Assembly (NCBI GenBank): GCA_934747265.1
Contig: CAKVGI010000003.1
Span: 26,515 to 90,514 of the forward strand
Source: an uncultured Rickettsiales bacterium
GTDB taxonomy: Bacteria; Pseudomonadota; Alphaproteobacteria; Rickettsiales; UBA1997
Length of the DNA: 64,000 bases
Direction of reading: 5' to 3'
This document shows, piece by piece, positions 7,253-19,331 of the stretch (positions are counted from its first letter, which is position 1; each line of letters begins with the position of its first letter). A program made the position numbers and the translations under genes. Below the pieces are notes generated by a model. It ran no database searches. It was not told the origin of the DNA and saw only the letters and a program-made list of their open reading frames with translations.

Positions 7253-10168
7253 ATGCAAGCTGATTTTATTGATATTGTTGGTGCAAGACAAAATAATTTA
7301 AAAAATATAAACATAAAAATACCAAAAAATAAATTAACAGTTATTACGGGACTTTCGGGTTCTGGTAAATCATCGTTAGCTTTTGATACTATTTATGCGG
7401 AAGGACAGAGAAGATATATAGAAAGTTTGTCTACATATGCTAGACAATTTTTAAATGTTCAAAATAAACCAGAAGTTGAAAGTATTACTGGATTATCGCC
7501 AGCTATTGCCATTGATCAAAAGGTAATGGGCAAAAATCCAAGATCTACTGTTGGTACTGTTACGGAAATATATGACTATTTAAGATTGCTCTTTGCTAGG
7601 ATTGGGGTTCCATACTCACCTAAAACTGGCAAACCTTTACAAAGTCAAACACCAGAAGATATGGCAAGATGTATAGCTTCATTGCCTATTGGTACAAAAA
7701 TTAATGTTTTAGCGCCAGTTGTAAAAAGTTCAAGAGGAGAGCATAGAAAGGAGCTTATAAAAATTAGAAAACAAGGATATACAAAGATTAAAGTAGATGG
7801 CGATATTTATGATGTTCATAATTCATTACCAAAGCTTGATAGAACAGTGAAGCATGATATTGATGTTGTTTTGGATACTTTAACCGTAAATAATGATACA
7901 GAAGAAAATGTACTTAAAAAAATTAGGTCTGGTCTTGAAATTTCTGATGGGATAATTTTAGTTGATTTAATTTCCTTGGCCAAGAAAGCGAAGACTGTTG
8001 TTTTAAGGAATAAAGAATATGAAAAAGGCGAGCAAATTAGATTTTCTAGAAAATATACAGATCCAGAAACTGGTTTAACCATTGATAATATTGAGCCTAA
8101 ATTGTTTTCTTTTAATAATCCTTTTGGTGCTTGTCATAAGTGTGATGGTTTGGGAACTGAATCATTTTTTAATCCAGATTTAGTGATAATGGATAAAAAT
8201 CTAACAATAAGAGAAGGAGCTATTGATCCATGGAAAACCGATGCAAATGCAAAGATTTATATCCAAATGATTCAACAATTAGGGAAAATCTATAATTTTA
8301 ATATAGATACACCATATTATAAGTATCCAGAAAAAATAAAAGATATAATATTGTATGGTAGTAAAGAAGAAATCGTTATTGAAAAGGAAACTGGTTTGAA
8401 TACATTTTCCACAAAAACAAAATTTGATGGTGTTATAAATATACTTTTAGAAAAATATCAAAGGAATAAAGACGAATTATTAAGAGATGAATTATCAAAA
8501 TATCAAAGTTTAAGACCTTGCAGTGAATGTCATGGATATAGATTAAATGAAGAAGCTCTTAGTGTTAAAATTTTAGGCAAGAATATAGGTGAAGTTTGTG
8601 AATTATCAATTCAAAAAGCAATAGATTTTTTTACAGATTTGCCAAACCATTTAAATGATAGTGAAAAGATAATTGCTGATAAAATTGTTACCGAAATTAC
8701 AAATAGATTGACTTTTTTAACTAATGTTGGTTTAGACTATCTAACTTTAAATAGAGAATCAAGTACTTTGTCTGGTGGTGAGAGTCAGAGAATAAGACTT
8801 GCTACGCAAATTGGTACTGGTTTGTCTGGTGTGCTTTATGTTCTTGATGAACCATCTATTGGTTTACATCAGTCGGATAATAGAAAATTAATAGAAACAT
8901 TAAAAAAATTAAGAGATTTAGGAAATACGGTTATTGTTGTGGAACACGATGAAGAGACAATGATGGAGGCTGATTGGTTGATTGATATTGGACCTGGTGC
9001 TGGTATTCATGGTGGACAAGTTATGGCAGAAGGAACGCCAGAAGAGGTTTTAAATAACCCAAATAGTATTACTGGTGCATATTTAAGAGGCAGAAAGTGT
9101 ATTCCAGTTCCACCTTATAGAAGAAAATTTAATCCTAAAAAATGCATAAAGATAGTTAATGCAAGAGGCCATAATTTAAAAAATGTAGATGTATCATTTC
9201 CAACTGGTGTATTTTGTTCTATCACTGGCGTTTCAGGTGGTGGTAAATCAACACTTGTTTTGCATACACTATATAAAGCTTTAACTAGAATTTTAAATAA
9301 TACAAAAGTAACGCCAGAGCCTTTTGATAGAATTGAAGGTATTTCAAATGTTGATAAAGTTATACAAATAGATCAATCTCCAATTGGTAGAACTCCAAGA
9401 TCAAATCCTTGTACATATGTTGGCGCATTTACACATATTCGTGATTTATTTGTTAATACAGAGGAAGCAATCAATAGGGATTATAAATTAAACAGATTTT
9501 CGTTTAATGTAAAAGGTGGTAGATGTGAAAATTGTCAAGGTGATGGAAGTATAAAAATTGAAATGCATTTCTTGCCAGATGTTTACATTACTTGTCCTAT
9601 TTGTGGTGGAAAGAGATATAATAGTGAGACTTTGGAAATTGAATTTAATGGTAAAAATATTGCAGATGTTTTAGATATGACTGTTGAAGAAGCTTGCAGT
9701 TTCTTTAAAGAAATACCTTTGATTTATGATAAATTTAAAGCTTTAAAGGACGTTGGTTTAGGATATATTAAAATAGGTCAGTCAGCTACTACATTGTCTG
9801 GTGGTGAAGCTCAGAGAATTAAACTTGCAAAGGAATTAAGCAAGAAAGATACTGGAAATACAGTATATATTCTTGATGAACCTACTACTGGTTTGCATTC
9901 TGATGATATTAGAAAATTGTTGTGTGTTTTGCATAAATTGGTAGAGCAGGGTAATACAGTTATTGTTATTGAACATAATCTTGATGTTATAAAAACATCT
10001 GATTGGATTATAGATGTTGGACCACATGGTGGTGAGAAGGGTGGCTATATTGTTGCTACTGGAACACCAGAGGATATTTGTCAAAATGCAAATAGTTTGA
10101 CAGGGAAGTTCTTAAAGGGAGTAATAGAAAAATATCATGCTTGCAAAAACGAATTGGAAAATAAATAA
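7253..10168 (+). CDS. uvrA: Excinuclease ABC subunit A
   Basis: 971 aa with two ABC ATPase modules (GLSGSGKSS and GVSGGGKST Walker A; LSGGESQR and LSGGEAQR signatures) and zinc modules CxxCxG. Confidence 0.95.
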   Translation: MQADFIDIVGARQNNLKNINIKIPKNKLTVITGLSGSGKSSLAFDTIYAEGQRRYIESLSTYARQFLNVQNKPEVESITGLSPAIAIDQKVMGKNPRSTVGTVTEIYDYLRLLFARIGVPYSPKTGKPLQSQTPEDMARCIASLPIGTKINVLAPVVKSSRGEHRKELIKIRKQGYTKIKVDGDIYDVHNSLPKLDRTVKHDIDVVLDTLTVNNDTEENVLKKIRSGLEISDGIILVDLISLAKKAKTVVLRNKEYEKGEQIRFSRKYTDPETGLTIDNIEPKLFSFNNPFGACHKCDGLGTESFFNPDLVIMDKNLTIREGAIDPWKTDANAKIYIQMIQQLGKIYNFNIDTPYYKYPEKIKDIILYGSKEEIVIEKETGLNTFSTKTKFDGVINILLEKYQRNKDELLRDELSKYQSLRPCSECHGYRLNEEALSVKILGKNIGEVCELSIQKAIDFFTDLPNHLNDSEKIIADKIVTEITNRLTFLTNVGLDYLTLNRESSTLSGGESQRIRLATQIGTGLSGVLYVLDEPSIGLHQSDNRKLIETLKKLRDLGNTVIVVEHDEETMMEADWLIDIGPGAGIHGGQVMAEGTPEEVLNNPNSITGAYLRGRKCIPVPPYRRKFNPKKCIKIVNARGHNLKNVDVSFPTGVFCSITGVSGGGKSTLVLHTLYKALTRILNNTKVTPEPFDRIEGISNVDKVIQIDQSPIGRTPRSNPCTYVGAFTHIRDLFVNTEEAINRDYKLNRFSFNVKGGRCENCQGDGSIKIEMHFLPDVYITCPICGGKRYNSETLEIEFNGKNIADVLDMTVEEACSFFKEIPLIYDKFKALKDVGLGYIKIGQSATTLSGGEAQRIKLAKELSKKDTGNTVYILDEPTTGLHSDDIRKLLCVLHKLVEQGNTVIVIEHNLDVIKTSDWIIDVGPHGGEKGGYIVATGTPEDICQNANSLTGKFLKGVIEKYHACKNELENK

Positions 10169-10182
10169 AAATAGGGGTTTTT

Positions 10183-11028
10183 ATGTCAATAAAAAGTTTG
10201 GAAGAAGCACAAGAAATTCTAAAAAAACATTATACATCGCAACAAAAAGTTGTTGACGAGTCTGGTGCCAAAATGGATATGTTATGGGTTTCAATGAAAT
10301 ACACCCACTCGCAAGATGTTTTTAAAATATCTCAATATTTAATAGAAAATGATGAAGTATTAAAAAAACTTGATAACAAATATAAATTATATGGGCAACT
10401 ATCAGCATTATTACATGATATAGGCAGAGCTTATGAAGTTGGAGATATGAAAGAAAAAGTAAAACCTCATGGATATTATGGTGCTGATATTGTATTAAAA
10501 CAAGTAGAAAAAGAAAATAATCCATTTATACTTATTCCAGTAAAATATCATGGCGATTTAAAAGCAGAAGAAAATGCAAGAAAAGAATTAGAAGAAATTG
10601 ATAATTTATCAGATGAAGAAAAAGAAATAGTTATAATGTTATTAAAACTTGTTATGGATAGTGATAAGTTGGCAAATTTTGAATTGTTTAAAATAATCAG
10701 TGAAGAAAAATATTTTTTATCTAAAAAACAAGAGTTATTGATAACTGATGCATGTTATGAATGTTTTTTAAAAAGGGGTTTAGTTAAAAGGGGGGAATTA
10801 CAAACAATTTTTGATGAAATTTTATTTTATCTTGGTTGGATTTATGACTTAAATTACGAAGCTTCAAAGAAATTGATTTTTGAAGAAAAACTAGCACAAG
10901 CATATGTAGATAGAATGGAAACAAAAATTAATATTCTTGCAAAAAATAGTAGTCCAGAACAAGTTAAAAAAATAAATAAACAATTTGAACAAGTTAAAAA
11001 GCAATTAATTGAGGATAAACTTATATAA
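10183..11028 (+). CDS. HD-domain metal-dependent phosphohydrolase, paralog 1
   Basis: 281 aa with the H...HD...H...D pattern (THSQDV, LLHDIGR, KPHGYYGA, KYHG, DSDKLANF). Confidence 0.7.
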   Translation: MSIKSLEEAQEILKKHYTSQQKVVDESGAKMDMLWVSMKYTHSQDVFKISQYLIENDEVLKKLDNKYKLYGQLSALLHDIGRAYEVGDMKEKVKPHGYYGADIVLKQVEKENNPFILIPVKYHGDLKAEENARKELEEIDNLSDEEKEIVIMLLKLVMDSDKLANFELFKIISEEKYFLSKKQELLITDACYECFLKRGLVKRGELQTIFDEILFYLGWIYDLNYEASKKLIFEEKLAQAYVDRMETKINILAKNSSPEQVKKINKQFEQVKKQLIEDKLI

Positions 11029-11558
11029 TAATATATAATAAAGGAATGGGCATATGAAAACATTGCAAGAAGGTGAAGAACTATTAAAAAAACATTATAC
11101 CTTACAGTATGAAAAGATGGATGGTCTATCAAATGTTAAAGATAGAGATTGGATTAAAGCAAAATACACCCACTCGCAAGATGTTTTTAAAATATCTCAA
11201 TATTTAATAGAAAATGATGAAGTATTAAAAAAACTTGATAACAAATATAAATTATATGGGCAACTATCAGCATTATTACATGATATAGGCAGAGCTTATG
11301 AAGTTGGAGATATGAAAGAAAAAGTAAAACCTCATGGATATTATGGTGCTGATATTGTATTAAAACAAGTAGAAAAAGAAAATAATCCATTTATACTTAT
11401 TCCAGTAAAATATCATGGCGATTTAAAAGCAGAAGAAAATGCAAGAAAAGAATTAGAAGAAATTGATAATTTATCAGATGAAGAAAAAGAAATAGTTATA
11501 ATGTTATTAAAACTTGTTATGGACAGTGATAAGTTGGCAAATTTTGAATTGTTTAAAA
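10297..11558 (+). repeat. Direct repeat pair: 10297-10693 and 11162-11558 (397 bp each, offset 865 bp, one mismatch)
   Basis: Base-by-base comparison of the two tracts shows one difference, T at 10659 versus C at 11524 (synonymous GAT/GAC). The identical antisense ORFs 10322-10525 and 11187-11390 in the track reflect the same repeat. Confidence 0.95.
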
Positions 11559-11878
11559 AAGCTGATAAGAAGTATTTTAATTTAATAGGATTGGATGAAA
11601 AACCGTATATTAGTGATGAATGTTTTGAAAGCTTTAAAAATAGAGAATTAGTTAAATTAAAAGACAGAAAGACTGTTTTAGACAAAATTCTTTTAACTAT
11701 ATGTTGGATTTATGATTTAAATTATAAAGCTTCAATAGATTTAGCAAAAAAAGAAAATCATTTAGAAGATTATTTGAATTTGTTTGAAAAATATATTGAT
11801 AATAATCAAAAGACAAAGGATACCGAAAATAAAATAAATTTTATTAAGCAACAACTTATTGAAGACAATTTAATATGA
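11054..11878 (+). CDS. HD-domain metal-dependent phosphohydrolase, paralog 2
   Basis: 274 aa. The central ~132 residues are identical to paralog 1; the N- and C-termini are diverged but alignable (LKKHYT..., ...QLIED(K/N)LI). RBS AAGGAA lies upstream. Confidence 0.7.
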   Translation: MKTLQEGEELLKKHYTLQYEKMDGLSNVKDRDWIKAKYTHSQDVFKISQYLIENDEVLKKLDNKYKLYGQLSALLHDIGRAYEVGDMKEKVKPHGYYGADIVLKQVEKENNPFILIPVKYHGDLKAEENARKELEEIDNLSDEEKEIVIMLLKLVMDSDKLANFELFKKADKKYFNLIGLDEKPYISDECFESFKNRELVKLKDRKTVLDKILLTICWIYDLNYKASIDLAKKENHLEDYLNLFEKYIDNNQKTKDTENKINFIKQQLIEDNLI

Positions 11879-12141
11879 TTTTAGAAGAATTGAATAATAT
11901 TTTTAATATTATTAATACGCAAAAAGTTATTAACATTAAAGTAATTACTAAAAGTTCGGTTAATAAAATATATTTTGAAAATAATATAATAAAAGTAAAA
12001 ATTAGAGAAATACCAGAAAATGGGAAAGCAAATAGTTCTATAATTGATTTATTTAGTAAAACTTTTAAAATACCAAAGAAAAATATATTAATTATAAAAG
12101 GATTAAAATCATCAAATAAAACTATTCAATTTTTGTTATAA
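11875..12141 (+). CDS. DUF167 (YggU-like) small protein
   Basis: 88 aa with the GKANSSIIDLFSKTF...IIKGLKSSNK pattern typical of YggU/DUF167. Its ATG overlaps the TGA of the upstream gene (ATGA). Confidence 0.6.
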   Translation: MILEELNNIFNIINTQKVINIKVITKSSVNKIYFENNIIKVKIREIPENGKANSSIIDLFSKTFKIPKKNILIIKGLKSSNKTIQFLL

Positions 12142-12982
12142 CAAGCACATTAAATACCGTATTGGCATTTTCATTCATTATGACTTTAATTTTACCATTT
12201 TCTTTTTTAATTTTTCCAATTGGAATACCATCTGGAATTATATCTGAATCACCTGATGTTAAAACTAAATCGCCATCTATAATCTCTGGATTTTTTGAGT
12301 TATAATGAGATATTTCCAAAAAATTTGAATTAGTACCAGATAAAATAAATTTTTCGCCAGTATCAACTGTTCTTGCTGGAATATTTGAATTTACATCACT
12401 CAACAACAAAACTTTTGCTTTTGTATCACTAACATTAATAACTCTTCCGATAACATTTTTATTTATACCAAGAACTAAATCGCCTTCTTTAATATTATTT
12501 TTACTTCCAATATTTAAGATTACGGCATTTACAATTGAATTTTTTGGTTCTAAATATATTTTTGAAGTTGTATAATTATATTCATTTTTAAAGTCGTCTA
12601 CATAATTCAACATGCTTTTTAGATTCTCGTTTTCTTTCTTTATATCTAAACTCTTTGTATATAAATCTTTTAAGATTATATTTTCTTCAAGCAATCTTTT
12701 ATTTATAGAATTTGTTAAAAGAATATTTTTAATACTTCTACCTAAGTCAAATAATAAATTAAATGGAGCTTCGGCAACTACATAAAATGGTTTAAAAGTA
12801 AAAAATATTTTATTTCTAAGGGTGTTATCAAATTTTTTACTAGAAGAACTTAGATTTATGGAAATAATACTCAATATAATAAAAACCAAAAACGATATTC
12901 TTAAAAAGAATGTGTAAAAGTAATACTTTATTGCCTTTACACTTTCGTTTGAGTTTTTATTATTATAGTATCTGTTATTCAT
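12122..12982 (-). CDS. mreC: Rod shape-determining protein MreC
   Basis: 286 aa with an N-terminal TM segment, a coiled-coil and a beta-rich C-terminal part (GDLVLTSG...PDGIPIGKI). It lies immediately downstream of mreB. Confidence 0.75.
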   Translation of the reverse strand: MNNRYYNNKNSNESVKAIKYYFYTFFLRISFLVFIILSIISINLSSSSKKFDNTLRNKIFFTFKPFYVVAEAPFNLLFDLGRSIKNILLTNSINKRLLEENIILKDLYTKSLDIKKENENLKSMLNYVDDFKNEYNYTTSKIYLEPKNSIVNAVILNIGSKNNIKEGDLVLGINKNVIGRVINVSDTKAKVLLLSDVNSNIPARTVDTGEKFILSGTNSNFLEISHYNSKNPEIIDGDLVLTSGDSDIIPDGIPIGKIKKENGKIKVIMNENANTVFNVLVITKIE

Positions 12983-12984
12983 AA

Positions 12985-14034
<1,050 letters not shown>

Positions 14035-14112
14035 TTAATTATAATAAACGTATTAATTACAAATTAAAGATACAATACAAATTTTTTATTTACAATAATA
14101 AAATTAATTTTT

Positions 14113-14463
14113 TTAAGAAAAAATAATAATTAATATTCCTATTAAAAATATTGCTATATTATTAAATGCATTTATATTAATTTTTTTATTATTTTTTATA
14201 ATTTTATCAAATATTTTAATAATAAAAACTATTATTAATGATAATACGAAGATATAAATAAAACAAAAATAGTTAAACATATTTTGCTTTAAAGTTATTA
14301 AAAATTTTGTATTTATAGACATAAGTATAAATGATACGAGTACCATCAAAAAAATTAATGGGATTGAGACATCAATCTTAATATTTTTCTTCAAATTAAC
14401 AGTAGTAATTTGATTAAATAATTTATTTATGCCACAAACTACCGCTATTAATCCAGTAATCAA
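14113..14463 (-). CDS. Multi-pass membrane protein of unknown function (start uncertain; frame is open up to 14706)
   Basis: The 116-aa ORF is called from a TTG. The same frame stays stop-free and hydrophobic for 81 more codons upstream (to 14706) with no ATG/GTG/TTG. Confidence 0.45.
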   Translation of the reverse strand: MITGLIAVVCGINKLFNQITTVNLKKNIKIDVSIPLIFLMVLVSFILMSINTKFLITLKQNMFNYFCFIYIFVLSLIIVFIIKIFDKIIKNNKKININAFNNIAIFLIGILIIIFS

Positions 14464-14690
14464 TATTCCAATCCAAATAAAATTTGAGAATAAATATATT
14501 GGTATAAAATTAGTTATAAATAATAGAAAAAATAAAATATTAGATATAATAAATGATTTTAATAAAAAATTTTGTCTTTTTCTATCAATATAAATATTTT
14601 TTATTAAAAATGCATAGAAAATAAGTAATAAAGAAGAAAAAATAACTTTATTATCAATAATTATTTGTTTTTCTTCTTCAATATAGTTTT

Positions 14691-15110
14691 TTAATTTTTT
14701 TTTTCGTTAATTTGGTCAATTAATTCTTGTTTTTTTTCTTCTCCAAAACCAATTATATATTTATCACCTATTACAAAAATTGGCGTACCTAAATTTTCTC
14801 TTGGAATATTCAGTCTGGATATTTCTTTAAGTAATAGGTTTACAGAATTGTTATATTTTAAGTTGTAATATACAACATTGATATTATCAAATTTATTATT
14901 ATTTAAAAATTCTTCTGCATGTTCACAGTGAATGCAACCATCCTGTATAAATACCAATAATTCGTTTGAATTATTGCTTAAACTTTCAGCATTTTTTGAA
15001 TTACTTTTAAATTTTACCAAGGCAAAAAACGCAATAATAGCCAAAAATATAGAAATATATAATAATGGTTTATTTTTTATGTTCTTAATCTGATCATCAA
15101 TAAATTTCAT
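14691..15110 (-). CDS. Membrane-anchored glutaredoxin/thioredoxin-fold protein
   Basis: 139 aa with an N-terminal TM helix (LLYISIFLAIIAFFALV), a CxxC motif (GCIHCEHAEEFL) and a glutaredoxin-like GTPIFVIGDKYIIG segment. Confidence 0.65.
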   Translation of the reverse strand: MKFIDDQIKNIKNKPLLYISIFLAIIAFFALVKFKSNSKNAESLSNNSNELLVFIQDGCIHCEHAEEFLNNNKFDNINVVYYNLKYNNSVNLLLKEISRLNIPRENLGTPIFVIGDKYIIGFGEEKKQELIDQINEKKN

Positions 15111-15196
15111 CTTTAATATCTTGTTTAACCTTAAATAAAATATTGGGTTTAATTTTAAAAAACAATATTTTTTATATTTAATATAATACTAATAAA

Positions 15197-15805
15197 TTAT
15201 ATATGAATAAAACTTTTTCTATGGTATTTACAAATACCATATTTTTTTATTGCTTCAATGTGTTCTTTTGTTCCGTAGCCTTTATTTTTTTTCCAATTAT
15301 ATTCTGGAAATTCTCTATCCATATCTAATAGTAATTTATCCCTACTAACCTTTGCTATTATTGACGCCGTAGCAATTGAAATACTTTTTTGATCACCCTT
15401 TATGATAAATTGTGATGGTATTGGAATTTCTGGCGTAAAATTACCATCAATTATTGCAAAATCAACATTTATTAAATATTTTGATAAAAGATTTTCATAA
15501 GATCTTTTCATTGCTAATTTTGTGGCGTTTCTGATATTTAATTTTTCTATTTCCTCTACACTTGCGGTTCCAATTCCGAAAAATATTTTATCCTGCTTTT
15601 CTAATTGTAAAATCTCTTCAAAAATCTCTTCTCTGTTTTTTTCTGTTAATTTTTTGGAATCATTGACATTTTTTGGATAATATTTTTTATGTACAACTGC
15701 ACAACCAGCAAAAACTGGTCCGCATAAAGGTCCTCTGCCTGCTTCGTCTATTCCAGCTATAACTTTATAATTAATACTATTTTCTATATCAAAATTAGGA
15801 TACAT
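15197..15805 (-). CDS. rnhB: Ribonuclease HII
   Basis: [14 protein letters not shown] and DSKKL motifs. The ORF track starts at 15874, but that extension overlaps addA. The Met at 15805 (MYPNFD) gives a normal-length RNase HII. Confidence 0.88.
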   Translation of the reverse strand: MYPNFDIENSINYKVIAGIDEAGRGPLCGPVFAGCAVVHKKYYPKNVNDSKKLTEKNREEIFEEILQLEKQDKIFFGIGTASVEEIEKLNIRNATKLAMKRSYENLLSKYLINVDFAIIDGNFTPEIPIPSQFIIKGDQKSISIATASIIAKVSRDKLLLDMDREFPEYNWKKNKGYGTKEHIEAIKKYGICKYHRKSFIHI

Positions 15806-18800
15806 ATTCAATTTTACCAAAACTTGTCCATAAAATATAACAATTAATCTTTTTATTTTTATATATTTTTTCAAGTAATTTTTTATATAAATCTAATTGT
15901 ACTTTATATTTTTCCGGTACTCTTTCTGGTAAATAATTCGTATTTTTATAATCAACGATATAAACATTATTTTCATCAATAGATATTCTATCAATTTGTC
16001 CAGAAATTATATCTTTATCAATTTTTCCAAAAATTGGTACTTCTGCTTTTGAATTTTTGGAAAATAAAAAATCAAAATCTTTATTATTTAAAATATCAAG
16101 AACTATTTCTTTAATTCTTATTTTATTTTCTGCATTTTTTAAATAAATATTGATAATATCATTCCATTCTTCTCTATTTGTATCTGGTAAAATTTCTAAT
16201 AGTTTATGAACCATCTTTCCATTTTCTACATTTTGATTATTTTCTATTGGATTTTTTATTACGGTTTCTTGATAATATAATGATGGATTAATTATTTTAA
16301 TTTCATTTTTCTGATTATTATCTTGATTGATTATTGATATTATTTTTTCTATATTTTGTATATCTTGTTGTTTATTTTCTTCCTTATTTTCTTTTTGAAG
16401 TGTATTATTATCATATATATTTTCATCTCCAACATATAAAATATCACCATCAATAAATTCACTTTTTCTAATTTTTTTATCTTTATTATTTTGTAATACA
16501 TTCAATAGTATTGAATACCAAGAGTTCTCTTTTGGCTTATTATTTTTTTTGTAATCGCATACATATAATTCATTTTCGGCTCTTGTCATTGCTACATACA
16601 ACAACCTTAAATATTCTTCTTCCGTCTCTTCTTTCATATAATCTTTTACTTTTTCTAGTAATTCTGTTTTTTCCTTCTGTAAAATTGGAATATAATAATT
16701 ATCTCCTCTTTCTCTATATTGTAGTATTTCATCTATTTTTTTAATTGTTTGCGCAGTATGGTTTGTATCTGGAAGAATAATAATTGGACTCTCCATGCCT
16801 TTTGATGCGTGAACTGTTAATATTTTTATTTCGTTTGTAGTTTGTTCTATATCTCTTTTAATTTCCAAATTGGTTGTTTCTAAAAAATTAATAAAATTTA
16901 ATATGGTTGTGTTATTATGAGAATTTTCGTAATCACTCGCTAAATTTAAAAATTCTTTTATTATTTCATCAGCAATATATGGAAATCTTTTTTTAAATGC
17001 TGTTCTCTTGTCTTTTTTATTAAAAATGAATAATAATAATTCATAAATCGTAGAATTATTACTTTTTTCAATTATTTCTTTTAAAAATTTTGCTTGGGTG
17101 CTATATTTCTCAATATTTTGTAAAGCTTGCCATAAAGTAGATTTTTTATCATTTTTATAATCGCAAATTGCATATAAATCATCCTCGTTCAAATTCAAAA
17201 ACGGTGATTTCATTATATTTGCCAGTGATAAATCGTCATCATTAAATACTAAAAAATTCAATAATGCTATTATATCTTGTGAAATAATATTATCAATCAG
17301 ATCAAATTTGTCATTACCCATTATTGGAATATTTTTTCTATTAAATTGTCTTATTAAATAATTTATAAAATCTTTATCACGTTTTTTTACTAGAATCATT
17401 ATATCTGAGTATTTTAATTTTCGTAATTGCTTTGTTTTTCTATCATAAATAAGCCTTCCTTTGTAAAACCAACTAGATACTTCATTAGCTATTGTTTCTG
17501 CAAGTTTTTGCTTATTTGATAGTTCTATTTTTTCCAAATAATTTATTTCCCAGTCTTTTGCTTGGTTTTTAACCTTATTTTCTTTATTAATTTTATTATT
17601 TTTTTCTTCTTCTGTTAATTTTTCTTCATCAATTAAAGGCCAAACCTCAACTTTACCGCAAGCTTCATTTCTAGCAAATTTATGCTGAATTTTATCAACT
17701 AATTTTGTAATTGATGTTCTTCTTGCTGGATCTTCAAAAACGCCGTCAACTGTGTTTAATATTGCTTTTAATGACCTAAATGATGTGTTTAAAAAAATAC
17801 TATCAAAATTTTTGCCACAAAGTTGTATTTTCTGTTCATAATCTTTTAAAGTTAAATGAAAAATATCCGGTTCAGCTCCCTGAAAACTAAATATAGATTG
17901 TTTCTCATCTCCAACAACAAATATTGTTCTGTTTTTATCACTCTTGCTACCATATCCAGAGAAAAATTCGCTTGTAATTGACCTTACAATATTCCATTGC
18001 AAAGGACTTGTATCTTGCGCTTCATCTATTAATATATGATCTATACCTTCATCTAGCTTATAATTAATCCAACCAGAAAAATCGCTTCTATCAAGTAATT
18101 TACTTGTTTCAAAAATTAAATCACTATAATCAAGGCAACCTTTTTGTTTTTTTAAGAATGCATATATTTCAAAAATGTAATACACGACATTTAAAAAAGA
18201 TGAGGTAAAATTAAAATTTGCCAAATTATTAAGATACTCACTCATTTGCTTGCTTCTTTCTGTCTCGGACATTATAAAATTATTTAATTCTGGAAAAAGT
18301 TTTTGCATGCCAACTGAAAGTAAACGTGTTTTCATTTTTCCATCTCCCGTCAAAAAGCAGGAGATATAATCTTCTATTAAGTTTTTATTATTTTTATATT
18401 TTTGTATTATTTCTATAAATTTTTGGTCAAATTGTTTTCCATCTGTTTTTAGGGTATCTTTTATTTCTTGACTAATTATTGTAAAATCTGTTTCATTATA
18501 AAAATTCTCTTTTATTTCTTCAATTTTTAAATTTTTTATATCAAAAACTTTTTTTAATTCGTCTATTATACCTTGCACACTAACGAATCTGTTTTTTAAA
18601 TACAATAAACTATCTTTTTGGTCTATTGCTTGTTTTAATAGTTTTATAAATTGATCTTCATTAATGAAAGTAAAAATATAATTTATTGATTTTTTTATTT
18701 CTTCATTTTGTGTTTTTAGTAATTCTTTTTCGGATTGAATTAACAATTCAGAAGCTAAAATTTCATCGGCAATTTGGAAATTTGGAATTATACCTGCTTC

Positions 18801-19211
18801 TAATGGAAATCTTTTAATTATTTGTTGGCAAAATGAATGTATAGTTAATATTTTAAAATCATTGCTATTATCAAGAATTTTTGCAAATAATGTTCTGGCA
18901 ATTTTAAGTTTTTCGTTTATATTATTGTTATTACCTTCAAGCTTAATTATTTCTTTTTCTAAGTCTTCATTATTCATTGTTGTCCATTCTGATAGCTTTG
19001 AATTTATTCTATTTCTCATTTCAGCAGAGCCGGTATTTGTAAAAGTGATACATAATATTTTTGATGGTTCTATACCACTTAATAGCATCCTAAGAAGTCT
19101 TTTTACTAAAACTGTTGTTTTTCCAGAACCAGCTGACGCGCTTGTCCATATTGAGTATGTCGGATCGGAGGCTTTTTGTTGTTTTTTTTCAACTTCTTCA
19201 ATAGAAAACAT
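15795..19211 (-). CDS. addA: Double-strand break repair helicase-nuclease AddA (alphaproteobacterial type)
   Basis: 1138 aa with an N-terminal UvrD-type helicase ([24 protein letters not shown]) and a C-terminal PD-(D/E)XK nuclease ([19 protein letters not shown]). Confidence 0.85.
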   Translation of the reverse strand: MFSIEEVEKKQQKASDPTYSIWTSASAGSGKTTVLVKRLLRMLLSGIEPSKILCITFTNTGSAEMRNRINSKLSEWTTMNNEDLEKEIIKLEGNNNNINEKLKIARTLFAKILDNSNDFKILTIHSFCQQIIKRFPLEAGIIPNFQIADEILASELLIQSEKELLKTQNEEIKKSINYIFTFINEDQFIKLLKQAIDQKDSLLYLKNRFVSVQGIIDELKKVFDIKNLKIEEIKENFYNETDFTIISQEIKDTLKTDGKQFDQKFIEIIQKYKNNKNLIEDYISCFLTGDGKMKTRLLSVGMQKLFPELNNFIMSETERSKQMSEYLNNLANFNFTSSFLNVVYYIFEIYAFLKKQKGCLDYSDLIFETSKLLDRSDFSGWINYKLDEGIDHILIDEAQDTSPLQWNIVRSITSEFFSGYGSKSDKNRTIFVVGDEKQSIFSFQGAEPDIFHLTLKDYEQKIQLCGKNFDSIFLNTSFRSLKAILNTVDGVFEDPARRTSITKLVDKIQHKFARNEACGKVEVWPLIDEEKLTEEEKNNKINKENKVKNQAKDWEINYLEKIELSNKQKLAETIANEVSSWFYKGRLIYDRKTKQLRKLKYSDIMILVKKRDKDFINYLIRQFNRKNIPIMGNDKFDLIDNIISQDIIALLNFLVFNDDDLSLANIMKSPFLNLNEDDLYAICDYKNDKKSTLWQALQNIEKYSTQAKFLKEIIEKSNNSTIYELLLFIFNKKDKRTAFKKRFPYIADEIIKEFLNLASDYENSHNNTTILNFINFLETTNLEIKRDIEQTTNEIKILTVHASKGMESPIIILPDTNHTAQTIKKIDEILQYRERGDNYYIPILQKEKTELLEKVKDYMKEETEEEYLRLLYVAMTRAENELYVCDYKKNNKPKENSWYSILLNVLQNNKDKKIRKSEFIDGDILYVGDENIYDNNTLQKENKEENKQQDIQNIEKIISIINQDNNQKNEIKIINPSLYYQETVIKNPIENNQNVENGKMVHKLLEILPDTNREEWNDIINIYLKNAENKIRIKEIVLDILNNKDFDFLFSKNSKAEVPIFGKIDKDIISGQIDRISIDENNVYIVDYKNTNYLPERVPEKYKVQLDLYKKLLEKIYKNKKINCYILWTSFGKIEYVS

Positions 19212-19331
19212 AACTAAATAATAATTTTTCTTTTTATAATATAAAACAAAAATTTTAATATGTAAGTAAAAATGATATTGATTTTTAATACTATAATTTT
19301 ATGATAATTTGTATATTATTTTGTTAAAAAT

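Noticed and set aside
10297-11558. The near-identical 397-bp repeat pair, considered as a possible insertion sequence or mobile element.
   Set aside because: Both copies are in-frame internal parts of paralogous HD-domain genes. There are no terminal inverted repeats, transposase or target duplications. Gene duplication with conversion explains it.
15806-15874. A 23-codon N-terminal extension of rnhB in the ORF track, overlapping addA by 80 nt.
   Set aside because: The extension ([23 protein letters not shown]) is not RNase HII-like. The Met at 15805 gives a standard N-terminus just before the GIDEAGRG motif.
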